From Mustelus asterias (Eukaryota): DNA of 64,000 nucleotides. How positions within the stretch are numbered: position 1 is the stretch's first letter; each line of letters opens with the position of its first letter. A program made the translations under genes and the position numbers. The DNA is taken from assembly GCF_964213995.1 (NCBI RefSeq), contig NC_135808.1, forward strand, positions 63,488,001 through 63,552,000, written 5' to 3'. Shown piece by piece: positions 1-12,274 of this stretch. The notes beneath the pieces are model-generated. The model ran no database searches and was not told where the DNA came from. It was given only the letters and a program-made list of their open reading frames with translations.

Positions 1-828
1 ATAAGTTTGCCTTCCAGAGCAGAAGCCTTGTTTTGGGGCTGGGGTCGGTCATGACTGTGGGTATCGAGTTTATCAAAATCCATCAAGACTGCAGTCTGAG
101 GAGGAGCCAGTAATTATCCATCAGACTGTGATGCATTTCAGGAATGATTGGGTCAAAGTAGGTCATTAGCCCAAGGGCCGGAATGACATCGGAATATAAA
201 TTGCCAAAATTCCGCATATCAGTTGTATGTAAGTCTAAATGAATTTTCACAGTTCGACAAATGATCCAACACTGTTAGTAATACCTGTGTGAAAAGTAGT
301 GATGTATCATTCCTCTAATATACTTGCCATCAGGAGTGTAAACTATTGATGGCACCAAAGATTGTCTGTCTGAATGTTGCTGATCCTCTGTTAGGCTTCC
401 TTCAGACATGTAAGGGCTCAATGGATGGAAGCTTGAGTTCTGCCGGCAAAGGGAAATGAGGCGGGTGGGTGCACTTCATTGTGTGGGAGGCAAAAGGTTA
501 GGTTCCTGGGGTGGAAGTAAGGATTTAAGCTTGCGATGGATTGAAGGCGGACCAAACCACCTCCTGGCAAACGATGGGAAGCTATTTTTAATGGATTAGC
601 ATGTCATTCATACTCGTTAACTCACCATTCCATCACATTATACTTGGTACCTTGTAATTAACACTGTAACAACCGAGAATCATGTGCTTTCAACTTCACA
701 ACTGGGTAGGTAAATATCTACATGACTCTGTCATGCTAAGTCACTCTCGGATGTCACAACACTCCCCCCCCCCACCCACCCCCCTGCCCCCCCCCGGCCC
801 CCAAATCACCACCACCACCACTTAGCAA

Positions 829-1480
829 TTGCAGGTATGGCTCCTGGAGGACAGGGGATATCCACTGAAGATCTGGCTCATGACCCCTTTGCAGAACCCA
901 CAAAACCTAGCAGTGCCATTTACACCTCAACAAGGGCGACAATAGCACAAACCATTGGCATACTGAAGATGGGTTCCACTGCCTGGGCCACTCAGATGGA
1001 GCGCTGCAGTATGTACCTCATAGACTGGAACTCTACCACCTCATCCGCCCGGAATCAGAGCGGGCGAGGGTCTCTCACTGGAAATCTCCATTGACCTCGG
1101 GCGGGAATTTCCAGTCTTGCTCAAGTGAGGCCATAAAGTTCCAGCCAATGTCTCTAGGACCATTGTGGTTGTAGACCAAGTGGTCACATGATGATGTGAT
1201 GATGCAGTTACTTAAGAGGTCATGTGACTGAAGTGTTGGCGTTTTCCCTGGAATGTGGGAAGAGTACAAGCATTAGTACAAGCTCGGTTAGTGAATACAT
1301 TTTCGTTTATTATAAGTCCTTGGTCACCAGTCTTTGGGAACCCAACACTTCTATAGTAGTCTGCTGTGTCCCACACAACTTTGCACAGCAAAGGAGCAAG
1401 GAATTTCAGACAGGGACATGCAGGAGCCGGAGGCCTCCTCACATGAGGAAGAAGGAAAAGGAACTGACATTCATGACATG
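829..1480 (+). mobile_element. Decayed PIF/Harbinger transposase C-terminal half, interrupted by insertions
   Basis: Frameshifted WLLEDRGYPLKIWLMTP..STRATIAQTIGILKM.FHCLGHSDGALQY (829-1013), resuming as IVVCCVPHNFAQQR (~1350-1395). This matches the Harbinger DDE motifs GD.GYP..WL.TP and CC.LHN. Confidence 0.8.
1023..1146. mobile_element. Short MITE with imperfect terminal inverted repeats (TIRs), Harbinger-like
   Basis: GACTGGAACTCTA ... TAAAGTTCCAGCC. The internal sequence resembles 54203-54323. Confidence 0.5.
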
Positions 1481-2075
1481 ATGGATGATTTGGTTCCAGC
1501 TGCAAATGCCAGGGTATTGGAGCAACACACCTGAGAGGCCCATGACAAGAGTGAGGCCCCTGCAATATGTCTTGATCCCCTCAATAAATGTTGTGGTGTA
1601 AGTGCCAGCAGATTCAGCACACTTCTCGACTAACCTACATTCTGGCACCTAGAGAGAAAAATACTACAGGCCCTTGGCCTAAGCAAGCTCAAATCCATAA
1701 TTTAATCAAACCCCCACAGAATTGTGATTTGCAAAAAGATGCGCATGATTCAGTGACATACTCTTCAAATGTTGGCAATGCCTTGCTAAGAATTCGATGC
1801 ATTCACCTGAAATATATGGATAGCCTCAGCTCCAGATGCTGTTTAGCCATGGATGATAAGGGGGTGAGAACCACATGAGGGATAATTTTGCTTAAATAGA
1901 AGTCTGCACATCTCTAGAGTCTCAGATGCCACTATTACTGAGGCCACAAAAGAAACATTGTTTCTATAGACCGACATCACCCAGCAGTGATGGTCAATAA
2001 AGTGATATGCCCTAAAATGGACCTGTAAGTTTGCACAACTTTCAATATAACGATCATTCAATTAATTATGGAATT

Positions 2076-2393
2076 ATAGAATCGCTGTGGTGCAGAAGGA
2101 GGCCATTCAGCCCATCGAGTCTGCACTGACCACAATCCCAACCAGAGCCTGTGCCTATAACCCCATGCATTTTACCCTAACTAGTCCCCCTGACACTAAG
2201 GGGCAATTTAGCATGGCCAATCGCCTAACCCGCACATCCCTGGACTATGGGAGGAAACTGGAGCACCGGGAGGAAACCCACACAGACGTGGGGAGAATGT
2301 GCAAACTCCGCACAGACAGTGACCCAAGCCGGGAATTGAACCCAGGTCCCTGGTGCTGTGAGGCAGCAGTGCTAACCACTGTGCCACCCTGCC
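2076..2393 (-). mobile_element. HE1-type tRNA-derived SINE
   Basis: Reverse complement has A box GGTGGCACAGTGG, B box GGTTCAATTCC, the conserved core TTCCTCCCGGTGCTCCAGTTTCCTCCCA and a CR1-like tail GGCCTCCTTCTGCAC. Confidence 0.9.
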
Positions 2394-3433
2394 ACTCTAA
2401 TCATCACGAATGAAGTGATTATTGGATTCCTACAACACAGAAAGAAACTCAACACTCTATTTATAATGTTTAAAACATTTTATGCTATTTTATTTTAAAC
2501 TGGTCTTTTTCTGCTGACTATATAAAAATTAAGACGGCTGCTACAAGTCACCTGATCACGGATTTGGCCCTCTGGGAGTTATCCACTGTAGTTTCAAGAG
2601 AAAATAATTATTTTCTCAGTTTCTGGAGTTTCACACTTCATTGTACAAACAGCTTCTAATCAACAGAAGTGGAGGATGTGCAGACAAACTGGCTCCCCCA
2701 TCCTGAGCTATCACAAAGACGAAGAATGGAACCTTATTACTGGAAGAGATGTGAATCTCCAAGACATCTCCTTTCATAGGAGGAACAATGGAATCCCAGT
2801 CAGGAGCACTGAAACTAATTGTTAGGTTGTGATTAGCCCTTAATAGCCAAGTCACATGACCCCAGCCTCTGGCCTTTAGGACAATTTAATAGTACATCAT
2901 TGGCAACAAACAGCCAGACTGCTGTTTTTATCATCGACTGGATAGGACTCCAGGAGCAAGGGCGGGTAAGCAATCTCAATTCCACAAAGCCTGCTTGAAT
3001 CTAAAATCTAATTTCGACGCCTATCAAGCGGTTTTATCACAGAAAAGCCAATCGTGCAGCAGCATCACCTGTAACAAGGAGTTTTAAATTGTTTAATCAG
3101 CTAGGAACACATTGCAATGGAACCCCACCATGAAGGAAACATCCCTGTGGACTCTGACTTTGAACTCTGGAACTCACATGAATTAATATTCATCTTCTGC
3201 GGTCCTTGTACTGTATAATTCATTCCTTCTACCCCCCACCTTTACTCTGTGCCTGCAGTCTGGGATGGTGCAAACACTCCATTTTTGCTGAGTTGCATGT
3301 GTAAAATAACGAATCCTAACTCAAGTTTGCTGTGGAGATTTAGTAAAATTGGATCACAATAAAACAAAATGAGGGACTGGGAAAACACACGGCCACCTAC
3401 ATTTTATAAAATTAATTTGAAAAACATACTGGA

Positions 3434-3783
3434 GCTGCACGGTGGCGCAGTGGTGAGCACTGCTGCCTCACAGCACCAGGGAGCCGGGTTCAATTCTGGC
3501 CTTGGGTGACTGTGTGGAGTTTGCACGTTATCCCCATGTCTGCGTGGGCTTCTTCCGGGTGCTCCAGTTTCCTCCCACAGTCCAAAGATGTGCGGGTTAG
3601 GGCCATGCTAAATTGCCCCTTTGTGTCCCAAAATGTGTACGTTAGGGGGTTAGCTGTGGTAAATGTGTCGGGTTACGGGGATAGGGTAGGGGAAAGAGCC
3701 TGGGTAAGATACTCTGTCAGAGAGAGTCGGTGCAGACTCAATGGCCCAAATGGCCTCCTTCTGCACTGTAGGAATTCTATGAT
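3434..3783 (+). mobile_element. HE1-type SINE
   Basis: A/B boxes, same core, tail ending GGAATTCTATGAT. Confidence 0.9.
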
Positions 3784-4287
3784 ATTGCTTTTGGATAGGT
3801 GTTGAGAGGAAATCAGTATTGTCTGTCCCTCTCCTGTCATAACAATGATCCAAACCATCCATTTACACATGACTTGTAATATCTATAGAATTAATATGCA
3901 CCCGTGACACCTCTGTGCCATCAGAATTTTTTTAACCTGCATTTCCTAACACTTTGCCTTGGTGCAACCCTGGCATTTGCAGCTGAGTTAGAGGTAGCCA
4001 GCTGTAATGCCTCTGACTGGTGTTTTCTGTGCACTGGTGTTGCACTGTTTGGTTTCCTGTCATTTGTTTCACATGGTATGCTATGCTGAGTTCTATTATT
4101 TTGAAATATTTCTCAATCATTCCCTTGAGTGTCATGTTTCATTCATGCTTAAGTACTTTGAGAACCGGTCTTCCTCTGCAGCTTTAGAAAGCAGCCTTGC
4201 CCTAATCGATTACATCCCCTTCCAAACCTGCGACTTCTACCACCTAGAAAGGCAACAACAGCGAATGCAGGGGGACACCACCACCTC

Positions 4288-4378
4288 AATAAGAACAGAA
4301 AATGCTGGAAAAACAGCATGTCTGGCAGCATCTGTAGGGAGAGAGACAGACAGTCTGTCTGACTCTTCTTCAGAGCCA
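4288..4378 (-). mobile_element. Old Penelope-like terminal remnant (family 3)
   Basis: ACAGAAAATGCTGGAAAAA..CTGGCAGCATCTGT.GGAGAGAGA recurs at ~15595-15700, 23050-23110, 25545-25630 and 43668-43800. The 25.6 kb copy retains a hammerhead-like core. Confidence 0.5.
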
Positions 4379-4612
4379 CAGGTTCCCCTCCAAGCCACGC
4401 ACCAACCTGACTTGGAACTATATCACTGTTCCTTCACAGTCACTGTGTTAAAATGCTATAATTCCCTTCTGAACAGCACTGTGGGTGTACCCACTCAGGG
4501 ATTGCAGCATTTCAAGAAGGCAGCTCACTACCATCTTCTCAAGGACAACAAAGGATAAGCAATAAATGCTGGCCTGGTCAGTGGCGCCCCCATCCCATGT
4601 ATGATTTTTTTA
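4378..4612 (+). mobile_element. 3' end of a non-LTR LINE (family also at 24745-24990 +, 40118-40445 -, 47240-47325 +)
   Basis: Encodes a WNSLP-like motif then STVGVPT.GLQ.FKKAAH.HLLKGN-stop, followed by the tail GCAATAAATGCTGGCC. Four copies in the window. Confidence 0.7.
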
Positions 4613-4964
4613 AAATGAGGACTGGTTGGCATCTTATATTAGCAGTTAAGTCATTTTTCCATCACACCACTTGCTCTTGTTTCTTAGAACAGTTGGCAGG
4701 TCTGGCAGCTGTGACGAGTTGTTAACTCTGAATACAACACATTGGATGGATTCTCATGAAGTCAATGCAGTTGCTGGGGATTTAAACAATATGTGGGTCA
4801 AGCATTTGGGAGTTGGTGGAAGTTTCCGAAAGGATCAATAAGGGCAAGTGATATTTACCTCACAATAATGAGTCTAAAGTGGAGGGCCAGACATGAAAGA
4901 ATAAATGTGTGTGATCCAGTTCAAAATAGCATTCAGGATTGGGAAGGTTCCAATTTTGCAACAT

Positions 4965-5085
4965 TGTAATATAACTATATATAACTATATATCCTAATAT
5001 AACTATGGAATATAACTGTATATATCTTAATATATCTATATAATATAACCATGTATATCTTAATATAACTATATTAAACTATTCA
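4965..5085. repeat. AT-rich low-complexity (TATAAC-like) repeat
   Basis: Degenerate ATATAACTAT units. Confidence 0.8.
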
Positions 5086-5087
5086 TT

Positions 5088-5565
5088 TTTTCCAGAAATG
5101 GGCTTTATTCATAAAATTTCTTAAAGTAGATTACAAAACATTCTGACTTGAAAATTGCAGAGTGCAATAAAATGCAGCTTGTCTCAACACAGTACGTTTA
5201 CTGTGAGGTGCCTCAGTACATTTGTAATACTATTGATATTTACGATATGCATTCTATGTCAGGCGTACAGCCCGAGGGCAAAAACGTTTCAACTTGATGA
5301 TTCCAGAAAGCGCAATAGAATTCATCTGGAATCCACACAGCATGCTGCACTCACAGGTGCCTCAATACTATTTCAATAGTCTTGACCTTTACAATGGACA
5401 TCCCTGGTCAGGCACACAGCCAATGGGCTTTACACAGTTTCTGGCCCCTCAGCATACTAACACTGAAAGGCCTTGGGCAGCGACCTTTCTGCACCGCACC
5501 TCTCTGGTAGCTGCACCAAGTTTAGTTTAGTGCATCCCTTAGCACGTAGTCCTGGACCTTGGAAT
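5088..5565 (-). mobile_element. 3' end of a Tx1/L1-like LINE
   Basis: Minus strand encodes SKVQDYVLRDAL..LGAA, followed by a 3'UTR ending in AATAAA and an A-rich stretch (TTTATT at ~5104). Confidence 0.5.
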
Positions 5566-6224
5566 TAAACTGTGCCTACGAGCATGCATTACATAATATG
5601 ATTCGTGTTTTGATCCAAGATCATCTCGTGAGAAGGTGTACAGAGATCTCCACACGTGCTTTTTGAGTACAGTGGCCAAGGTAGGCACAGACTAGGTTTC
5701 TTCAATCATTCGTTTTTAAATTTTCAATCTTCCCAAAGGTTCATTGGTTAAGTGCACTGAATGAATTCATACAGTACAGATCAGGGAGGTTCCAACATTT
5801 AGCTCCTGGTCCGTAGGAGTTAACTGCTGCCTGACAGAGTAATGACCAGAATGGAGAGGAAAATGAATCACTGTTGATGTTCCTGATTGCCTTTCAATTA
5901 CCCTGAGGGTAAGTGGATGTCAAATAAAGGCAGGAGCAGGTCTGTGTAATGGGGTCAGAGGAGAAGAACAAGGCTCTTCTACTCTCCCCTTTCAAATCAG
6001 TTGGTTCCACAATTTCAACATCCTTTCCTGTTTGTAGGACTCTGTCTCACTCATCCAGGTGCAGGTAAAGCAACATTTATTTGGCTCCAGCAGTGGTTTC
6101 AGCAAGGATAACTTTTAAAAAGCGAGGACCAAATTAACATAAAGATTAAACTACTTAGTATATTTTAAAAATCAAATAACTTGAATTTTAATTGCTGTTC
6201 CACTTACATAACATAGTTAAGGTG

Positions 6225-6470
6225 AATTTAAAGGTTCCCAAGGTACTATTTTGAAGAAGAGTTGGGGAGTTATCTCTGGTATTTATCGAGATCATTAACA
6301 GAAACAAATGATCTGGTCCTTATCACATTGCTGTTGTGGGAGCTTGCTGTATGCAAATTTGCTGCCACACATCCCAAGTTGTAACAGTGGTCACACTTCA
6401 AAAGTAATTCACTGACTGTGAAGTGCTTTGTGTGGCAGTCCTGAGGTTGTGAAAAGTGCTGTGTAAAGGG
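6225..6470 (+). mobile_element. Ancient Deu-domain SINE (SacSINE1/AmnSINE1-like)
   Basis: ATCACATTGCTGTTGTGGGAGCTTGCTGT.TGCAAAT..GCTGCC..ACAGTG..CACTTCAAAAGTAATTCA..CTGTGAAGTGCTTTG, the 3' part of the family. Confidence 0.6.
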
Positions 6471-7327
6471 ATCTACTTAATTTAAGATTTTATTCACAAC
6501 TCCCCTTGCAAAGTTGTATATTGCTGCAGTACTCCCCTTCTTTAAGTCGGAGCCTTTTCTACTCTTGTTATACGATCTGTCAGCTGAGCTTGAGTAAAAC
6601 AGATGCAAGTTCCCCAACCATTCAGAATAAAAGAAAAATTAAATAAACAATGTTTTAAGTGCCCATATGAGAAAAAGAATGAACGTTCATTTGTATGGTA
6701 CTTTTCAGAAGTGGGCCCCGATCATACTGCACCAGCCTTTTAACTCTCTTATCCCATTGTACCAACTGGGACAAGTTACAATCACCCCCGCTGTGTATAA
6801 ATGCACTCTGCCCCCTTATGATCTGAAATTGTGTCTCTCACTCCCTCCCGTATATGTTACAGAGCACTGGGTGAGGAAGGAATTGGCTGTGATTCCCACC
6901 AATCAGTGACAGGATAGGCAAGCAACACTTCTTTCAATGCTTTCATGAGTTGGACAAATGTTGGATTTGGGAAAGTAAAGAGTGTTTGGCTAATTCCTAA
7001 ACGTCAGTCAATCAGGTGAGAAATGTCTGTGCGTGGTTTACAATTGGCGCAGGAGGGCGGGGCACTGCAAGACGAGATATGTCTGGCAACCAATTACAGG
7101 AGGGTGGGGAGTCGGGCAGGTAGAGGGGAGGAGGTCATGCGGTGTCACATGCTGGGATGCATCATCCTGAGTACACAGCCATGGCTTAGCTGTGAGACTG
7201 GACACTTGGACAAGATATGAGAGGGTACGATGTGTCTGTTGAACTGTATCCACTGGAGGAAACACCTCCAGATTTCCCATACCTATGAAATCAATGTGTA
7301 GTCAATTCCTTTTTAAGTGAAGCAACT

Positions 7328-7482
7328 ATATTTTGATTCAATTTATTTTTGCAACATGTATTGGGATACAGTGAAAAGTATTGTTTCTTGTGCGCTATAC
7401 AAACAAAACATACCGTTCATAAAGTACATTGGGGAGAGGGAAAGGAGAGGGTGCAGGATATAATGTTGCAGTTACAGATAGG
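7328..7482 (-). mobile_element. Rex1/Babar LINE 3'UTR fragment
   Basis: Homologous to 43130-43300 and to the reverse complement of 45080-45220. Confidence 0.7.
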
Positions 7483-8179
7483 GATACCCATATATAAATA
7501 TACATCCTGCCCTCCCCCAAGGATAATGGGCATAGTCTTAATTTAGACAAGGATCAGTTGCTCTGGACTCCCTTATCTCTTAAGTGGACTTTTTTCCCTC
7601 TCTAATTTAATTCTTTCGCAGTGTAGATCAGCATGTGGCCTCTAGGCCACAGCTAATCCGCAAGTAATTGTTTATATCCAACAGCTCGGAGGGTTAAACA
7701 AAACTATCACCTGCTGGAGAACAATCCATGGTACAGATTTTAACAATTTTCCAGTAGTTTGTGTTTACATTCCTGATATTTGCCCTTTGACTTTACATTC
7801 TGTCTCTCGGGATCCTGGAATTTACTTTATTAGTTATGCTTACTTTGATGTTGTAATAGGTACACATACGAGGCCTCCACCCAGTCATGGGGTGATTTAC
7901 AGACTAGGCCCAGGTCCACAGTAGCACTAACAACTCTCCAAGTGCAGGCACATCTAAAGTATTTCATTGAAGAATTTAGAAGTTTTAAGTTGTCTTTTGG
8001 TACATCCACTTTGTTTAGGGTCCATACTGATATGTTAAGGCTGTTATGTGTTTGAGTTATGATGTAAGATTAGATGGATTTACATAAAATGTGCAACACA
8101 GAAACAGATCATTTAGAACAGTTTGCCTGAGCTGCTGCTAAGGCTGCACTTGAAACCAAGGCCCCTAAAAGATCTCACA

Positions 8180-8385
8180 GCCCTCAGGGACATTTTCCCA
8201 GATGTCCTGGCCAAAGTTTATCCCTTAACAAACATTGCTAAAACAGATCATCTAGTTGTCGCCTGTGGGACCTTCTGTGCAAATTAGCTATCATATTTCT
8301 CACGTTAAAGCAGTGACTGTGTCATCGGCTAAAAAGTGCTCTGGGACGTTCAGAAAGGCGCTATATAAATGCAATTTTGTTTTCT
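8180..8385 (+). mobile_element. Deu-domain SINE remnant
   Basis: GTCCTGGCCAAAGTTTATCCCTTAAC..TGTGGGA..AAAGGCGCTATATAAATGCAA tail. Confidence 0.6.
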
Positions 8386-8499
8386 TTTGAGCCTTGGCCA
8401 GTGTCAAGAACAAGCAAAAAATCTTTCAGTATTTGCTAAGAGCTTCAAACTACTGAAAACAGCACTCCCATTGTTACATATGAATTAGTCAGTCAAACA

Positions 8500-10330
8500 G
8501 GATTCAGTGGAAGGAGCAGATGTTGTCTCTCTTTCTCTCCTCAGTCCGGAAGGAGGGTGAGATGTTTTGGGCACCAGAAATCTCCAGAGCAGCCAGCAGT
8601 GTGGCTCCATGTGCCACAGCAGGAGGTTATGATTCAAGTGAAGTCATCTGGCAAGAGCAGGAGTCAAGTTCTATGCTTCAGACACAGGAATTTCTTCTTC
8701 CTACTTGCCAATTTGGAACCATGGCCAAAAGTTGACCAACTGCTTGTCAATAATAACAAAATCCCAGCCTTGGGATCAGCAGAGTCCTGGGCTCTGGCAT
8801 CCCTCCCAGTGCCAGTTCCCTGGGACGTCTCTGCCACCGCCTGCTGTGGATCTTCAGCTGTGAGGTGCTCACTAGTGGGTGACCCAAAAGCCTGTCTCCT
8901 TAGTGAACCCACTGAGGTGTGAGTATCTGGTGCTGGGTGTGGGTAGCAACTGTGACGTCTTTTCAACAATGGAGCTACTGGAGTCCGGTAGGTCCAGGGG
9001 CCGCAAGAATTGTCCGTCATGTTCCAGTGGTTGGCCTGTAAGACAAGGGAGATGCATTACAGAGGATACAGGGAGAACATTGATTACTCGCTTGAGACTT
9101 GAGGAATGATAGCATTTGTGTTGAGAAATCTGATGTTTCTCTGCTGCCCCTACTTCACCAACAGCGCAGGCATGGTCTTCCTTCACCCCGACCAGGTCGA
9201 GGCCTCGCTCCTCAAAACATGTGAATGTTTTGTCCTGGAATTACATGGATAGGGAGAGTGTAGGTGGGAGTGTTTACATTTAAGATGGTGATGAGGTGTG
9301 GGGCTTGGGTGGGAGCTGGAGTGTGAGGAGCATAGCAGCTACTGGGGGAACATGGTGATTGTGGAAGGGAGGGAGGTGCCTGGTGTTGGCAAAGGTCAAG
9401 GTGACTGAGTGAGAGAAAGGGTGGGTTCCGTGAGCGGGTCCAGTGGGAGCCAGCATGGTGGCACAGTGGTTAGCACTGCTGCCTCGCAGCACCAGGGACC
9501 TGGGTTCAATTCCGGCCTTGTGTCACTGTCTATGCGGAGTTTGCAGATTCTCCCCGTATCTGTGTGGGTTTCCTCCAGGTGCTCCGGTTTCCTCTCACAG
9601 TCCAAAGATGTATGGGTTAGGTTGATTGGCTATGCTAAATTGACCGTAGTGTCAGGGGGATTAGCAGGGTAAATATGTGGGGCTATAGGAATAGGGCCGA
9701 GATGGGATTGTGGTTGGTGCAGACTCGATGGGCCGAATGGCTTCCTTCTGTACTGTTGGGATTCTATGGATTCTCTGATGAGACCTGAGATGGTTCACTT
9801 ACAGTGGCTGAGTAAAGAAGACCATTCAGCATCTTCTGACACTGCTGCCCTGTCCTCTTCTGGAGGGTGCTTGTACTGACCAGGGCTGCCACTGCATCCA
9901 GGCGGGGGTGGTGACCCTGCTGGAAGGCTGTTTCCTGGAGCGGGGGTAGAGTATGTCCCACCTCTGCTCCACTCCATCCAGCATCCTTCTGAGAGCTTCC
10001 TCTGAAAAGTGTGGTGCTGCCCTCTTGCCTCAAGAACATGGTGATTGGACATAGTGTTTGAGTTGGGGTATATGCTTCTTCTTGAGGCTGCATCCCCCGC
10101 AGTCGTTGCGGAACAAGTGCTGGGCAGCCATTTATATGGAGCTTTCCAGTGATTGCAGCAGTTAAGTCATTGCGGGGCTGGTGAATCAGCGGGAACACAC
10201 GCAAGAGCGACGTGAAACTCATGGGCATAAAACTGATGAGGCATAAGATTCGACCCAAAATCACACAGGTGCTGTTGGCGGTAAACACTCCGTTTTTCAC
10301 ACAGAAACCAATGCATTGCCTTTTTTTTGG
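8500..10330 (-). mobile_element. Decayed Harbinger-type element carrying a Myb/SANT-like DNA-binding gene (interrupted by a SINE)
   Basis: 9803-10020(-) reads AAPHFSEEALRRMLDGVEQRWDILYP..W.AVAALVSTSTLQKRTGQQCQKMLNGLLYSAT (one frameshift), ending at a GTAAGT donor (9797-9802). A downstream exon-like piece FEERGLDLVG..GEVG lies at ~9140-9225. Confidence 0.65.
9449..9775 (+). mobile_element. HE1-type SINE
   Basis: A/B boxes, core and CR1-like tail. Confidence 0.9.
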
Positions 10331-10663
10331 ATAAGATTTCACCCAGAATTATTGTTTCAGGGCGATGACCTTGCCTCAGAATTGGAAGAGGTTAGAAGTT
10401 AAGCATTTTAATTATGGACATAAAAGTAACGCAGGAGCATTAGTACTGGCGGAATTCTGCATGTTTTTAATCGAAGTGCAGTGGCATTTGTTGCTGCTGA
10501 TTGGAATGATGTGAACTTGCGCCCGATTCTGCGCTTGCAACCTCATTAATGATGCACAAGCGCACATCTCTCTCAATCACCTGGTAAGTCGGGAGCTGAT
10601 TCATCCAGCAGCTGTTAGCTGGCGGGTTGGAAGGTCCAGGAACCAGATGGAAAGGCCAGTCTA

Positions 10664-10736
10664 GCACACTCGTATCACTCTTCACACTCGTATCACTCTC
10701 CACACTCGTATCACTCTCCACACTCGTATCACTCTC
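10664..10736 (+). repeat. Minisatellite, 18-bp unit CACACTCGTATCACTCTC x4
   Basis: Direct inspection. Confidence 0.95.
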
Positions 10737-10786
10737 TCCCGCCCACCAGTCTTCACCGGACTGTGCAGGATGTCCAGAACCCAGAG

Positions 10787-11027
10787 GCAAAAGGCTAGCA
10801 GCTTCAAGAAGATGTCTGTACCTGACTCAGTCTCCACGTCCGTGAGGCCTTGATTCAAGTAGTCTGGGTGTAGAGGCATGTCCTCTATCCAAAGGAAGGC
10901 TCCAGGAAGCACACTGACCTCACCTCTCCGGGAGGCTGTTGGCCAGGAAGTCAGCACAGTTGCCGACCATGCCAGAAGCACCGCACAGTGCAGGAAGGGG
11001 ATGAATGATCTCATCAATTCAGCCCGG
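10787..11027 (+). mobile_element. Harbinger-associated Myb/SANT-like exon (pseudogenised)
   Basis: ..EAVGQEVSTVADHARSTAQCRKGMNDLINSAR followed by a GTAAGA donor at 11028. Paralogous to 9803-10020(-). Confidence 0.65.
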
Positions 11028-11214
11028 GTAAGACCTCTCCCAGCTCCCTCCACTATCAAACTCTCAGCAAGGCATCATACACTCAAACGGCTACTCTCTT
11101 CACGGATCTCACACATCCAGTAACGGGGAATACATTCTCTGACGGTCATTTTCACATCACCACCATCCTGACTGTCATGTAGATCACACTCCATCCTATG
11201 GTCTTTCTGGGTAA

Positions 11215-11460
11215 GACTCACCTCTTTGCAAAGCCAGGTTGTGAAGGGCACAGCACACACTCCCATGCGGAATTCCTCTCTGGTGCAGAGAACAGCCTGA
11301 GCAGTCCAGGCATTTCTTTGGTTTGCTCTATGTGGGAGCTTGTGGAGATGTGAGCAACGTTGTACTCCTCCTCCGCAGGAGTCTGAGGGTGGCACACTGG
11401 AGTCAGCAGCCAGTGTTTAAGTGGGTAGCCCTTATCCCCCAGAAACCATCCCTGCAGATG
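11215..11460 (-). mobile_element. Harbinger transposase C-terminal fragment
   Basis: [64 protein letters not shown], with frameshifts. Confidence 0.85.
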
Positions 11461-12058
11461 TTCTGGATCCAGTTGTTATTGTTGTGACCATCCCCACCTC
11501 CCTGAGCCCATCATCTGCAAGGCACCCATGCCGCATGTGGCCCTCTATTCTCCCCATCTGGAGTCTGGATGCATCTCCTTTCAATGAAAGAAGTGGTAAC
11601 CCCTTGCCTTCCCCTTGTTTGCGAGTGTTTCATGCTGCCTCATTGAGGTCCAGCTGCCTTCCTCTCTCTGTTTTCCCTTTGCCTTCCATTATTTGTCATC
11701 TACCTCACCTCCTTGTACTTCTGCCTGGGATCCTACCCTTATATCCTTTCACATTGCTCCCCTTGTCTTGGTCAATCCAACCTCCTCACCTTGCACCTCA
11801 AACCCGGTCGAACTTCGGCCATTGGAGAGGAGGGCCCACAAGTCCCACAGCACAGCTGAAGGGCATGAATCGGTCTGCCTCAGCAGAGTGTCATTCAGTG
11901 CAGTAGGAGCGATGCAGCGCTTGGGCAGGTAGGCTATCTATGTTGCACTCACCTCAAAATCTCGATTGGACTGAAGTCTGCCTTGCGTGCATCATTCATT
12001 TTCAAATGGGATTGCGGCTGGCATGATGCAAGTTTGGAGGGCCTGATGAGATTTCAGT

Positions 12059-12274
12059 GTAAGAAGTCTCACAACACCAGGTTAAAGTCCAACAGGTTTA
12101 TTTGGTAGCAAATACCATAGGCTTTCGGAGCGCTGCTCCTTCGTCCGTCTGACGAAGGAGCAGCGCTCCGAAAGCCTATGGTATTTGCTACCAAATAAAC
12201 CTGTTGGACTTTAACCTGGTGTTGTGAGACTTCTTACTGTGTTCACCCCAGTCCAACGCCGGCATCTCCACATC
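12059..12274 (+). mobile_element. Penelope-like element, hairpin form (87-bp perfect inverted arms plus 37-nt tail)
   Basis: Arms 12059-12145 and 12151-12237, loop CGTCT, tail ..CCCCAGTCCAACGCCGGCATCTCCACATC. Same family as the RT-bearing copy at 30.7-31.4 kb. Confidence 0.88.
12149..12179 (+). ncRNA. Minimal hammerhead ribozyme core (PLE type), stem I truncated
   Basis: CUGACGA-A-GGAGC-AGC-GCUCC-GAAA-GCCUA. Confidence 0.6.

Noticed and set aside
762-822. C-rich tract (G-quadruplex potential on the - strand)
   Set aside because: Low-complexity sequence within a decayed transposon, with no evidence of function.
2851-2860. GTCACATGAC E-box/CLEAR-like motif
   Set aside because: A single short motif with no promoter context.
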